In this document: one piece after another, positions 63,352 to 64,000 of the stretch
Layout: the number at the start of each line of letters is the position of its first letter
Numbering within the stretch: the stretch's first letter is position 1
Assembly (NCBI GenBank): GCA_934647945.1
Contig: CAKUFK010000008.1
Coordinates: 3,815 to 67,814, forward strand
Direction: 5' to 3'
DNA from: an uncultured Eubacteriales bacterium
GTDB lineage: Bacteria; Bacillota; Clostridia; Oscillospirales; Acutalibacteraceae
DNA: 64,000 nucleotides
Made by a program: the position numbers and the translations under genes
The notes under the pieces: generated by a model
Seen by the model: the letters and a program-made list of their open reading frames with translations, nothing else
Database searches by the model: none
What the model was told of the DNA's origin: nothing

Positions 63352-63526
63352 CCAGATGTCCCTATGCCAATTGAGCGGCAACGCGTATTCGCACATAAAA
63401 TATATCTCTTTTATGCATATTGCAGACATGAGGAGTTCCTCCCTGTGTCGATGGTGTTGGTCATCTGCAATATGCAAGGGTAAGCAAGACGTAAAGCAAT
63501 GCTTCCACCCCTTTCTCAGCGAAACA

Positions 63527-63555
63527 CAAAAAAGGCTGTGACAGCAGTCACAGCC
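63527..63555 (-). terminator. Intrinsic terminator (minus strand) downstream of the partial HAD-like gene
   Basis: Minus-strand RNA GGCUGUGAC-UGCU-GUCACAGCC followed by UUUUUU. Confidence 0.5.
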
Positions 63556-63806
63556 GGAAAAACAGAAAAACCTCCTAACAACAATAACCCAATTGGAATT
63601 TCTTCCAAATAGGTTTGCTGTAATGGCGGCTGTGTGATTCCGGTTATGACAAAACTGAACAAGCCTTGGGCTTTGGTCCGCTCAAGGTTTCATTTCATTC
63701 TTGTCACATCCGTTAAATCATCACACAACCTCCCTAATCCTTCTGTTTTTATTGTATCGGATCATCGCCGAACCGTCAATCTCCAAAAACAAAACCGCCC
63801 TCCTGC

Positions 63807-64000
63807 TTACACAGAAGAGCCGTTTCTCTCGATATCCATCCCTCCGGTTCTGCTTTCCAGGAGAAGCGCGTCCCGCAGTTCCGCCAGAGATTCGACGATC
63901 AGATCTGGAGGGGTCGGGGCAGTTTCTGCGTCCTTCCGTGACGCCTCGCCCGTTAACACAAGGATGGACGTGACTGGCGTCCCATGCGCCAGCGCGATAT
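63807..64000 (-). CDS. C-terminal part of a HAD-superfamily (IIA/NagD-like) hydrolase; the 5' end is off-window
   Basis: Reverse translation in one frame gives IALAHGTPVTSILVLTGEASRKDAETAPTPPDLIVESLAELRDALLLE...*, a typical HAD-IIA C-terminus (G..T.LVLTG......). Not in the ORF track because the start is off-window. Confidence 0.45.
   Translation of the reverse strand, partial: IALAHGTPVTSILVLTGEASRKDAETAPTPPDLIVESLAELRDALLLESRTGGMDIERNGSSV

Overview
This 64-kb window looks like a chromosomal segment from a high-GC (about 60% by eye) spore-forming Clostridia-type Firmicute. The evidence is Firmicute RBS and sigma-A promoter shapes, T-box leaders, and the sporulation genes sigG, spoVB, cotJABC and ylmC/ymxH. 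Most of it is core housekeeping: rpoD (partial)-dnaG-dgt, rpmE, tRNA-Ser, asnA, dnaE-pfkA, rnr, secG, cdaA-cdaR, a cysteine desulfurase pair, galM, nagB and rpsB-tsf. Regulated transport is present as a Met T-box with metNIQ, and a Trp T-box heading a five-gene operon (ABC importer, PfkB kinase, TrpB2). Accessory content is as follows. (i) A surface-polysaccharide locus (GT4, Wzz, a degenerate BY-kinase-like ORF, Wzy/EpsG, Wzx). (ii) A Cys-less thioester-domain-like surface protein. (iii) Two tandem membrane-anchored surface-protein paralogs that share a 652-bp perfect repeat. (iv) A peptidoglycan-binding/SpoVB cluster. (v) A stand-alone 5S rRNA gene next to asnA. (vi) The best candidate for something undescribed: a terminator-bounded segment with lower-GC stretches between spoVB and rnr (about 31175-36275). 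It encodes an ECF sigma factor, a translationally coupled single-pass anti-sigma-like protein, a secreted S8 subtilase, and a leaderless protein. The ectodomain of the anti-sigma-like protein looks, by eye, like two copies of a subtilase-prodomain-like module. The leaderless protein ends in the same module. No CRISPR array, transposase, integrase or prophage gene was recognised. Many very long ORFs in the track are antisense shadows of real genes, as expected at this GC content, and were rejected. All homology calls are by-eye motif recognition; nothing was searched or computed.
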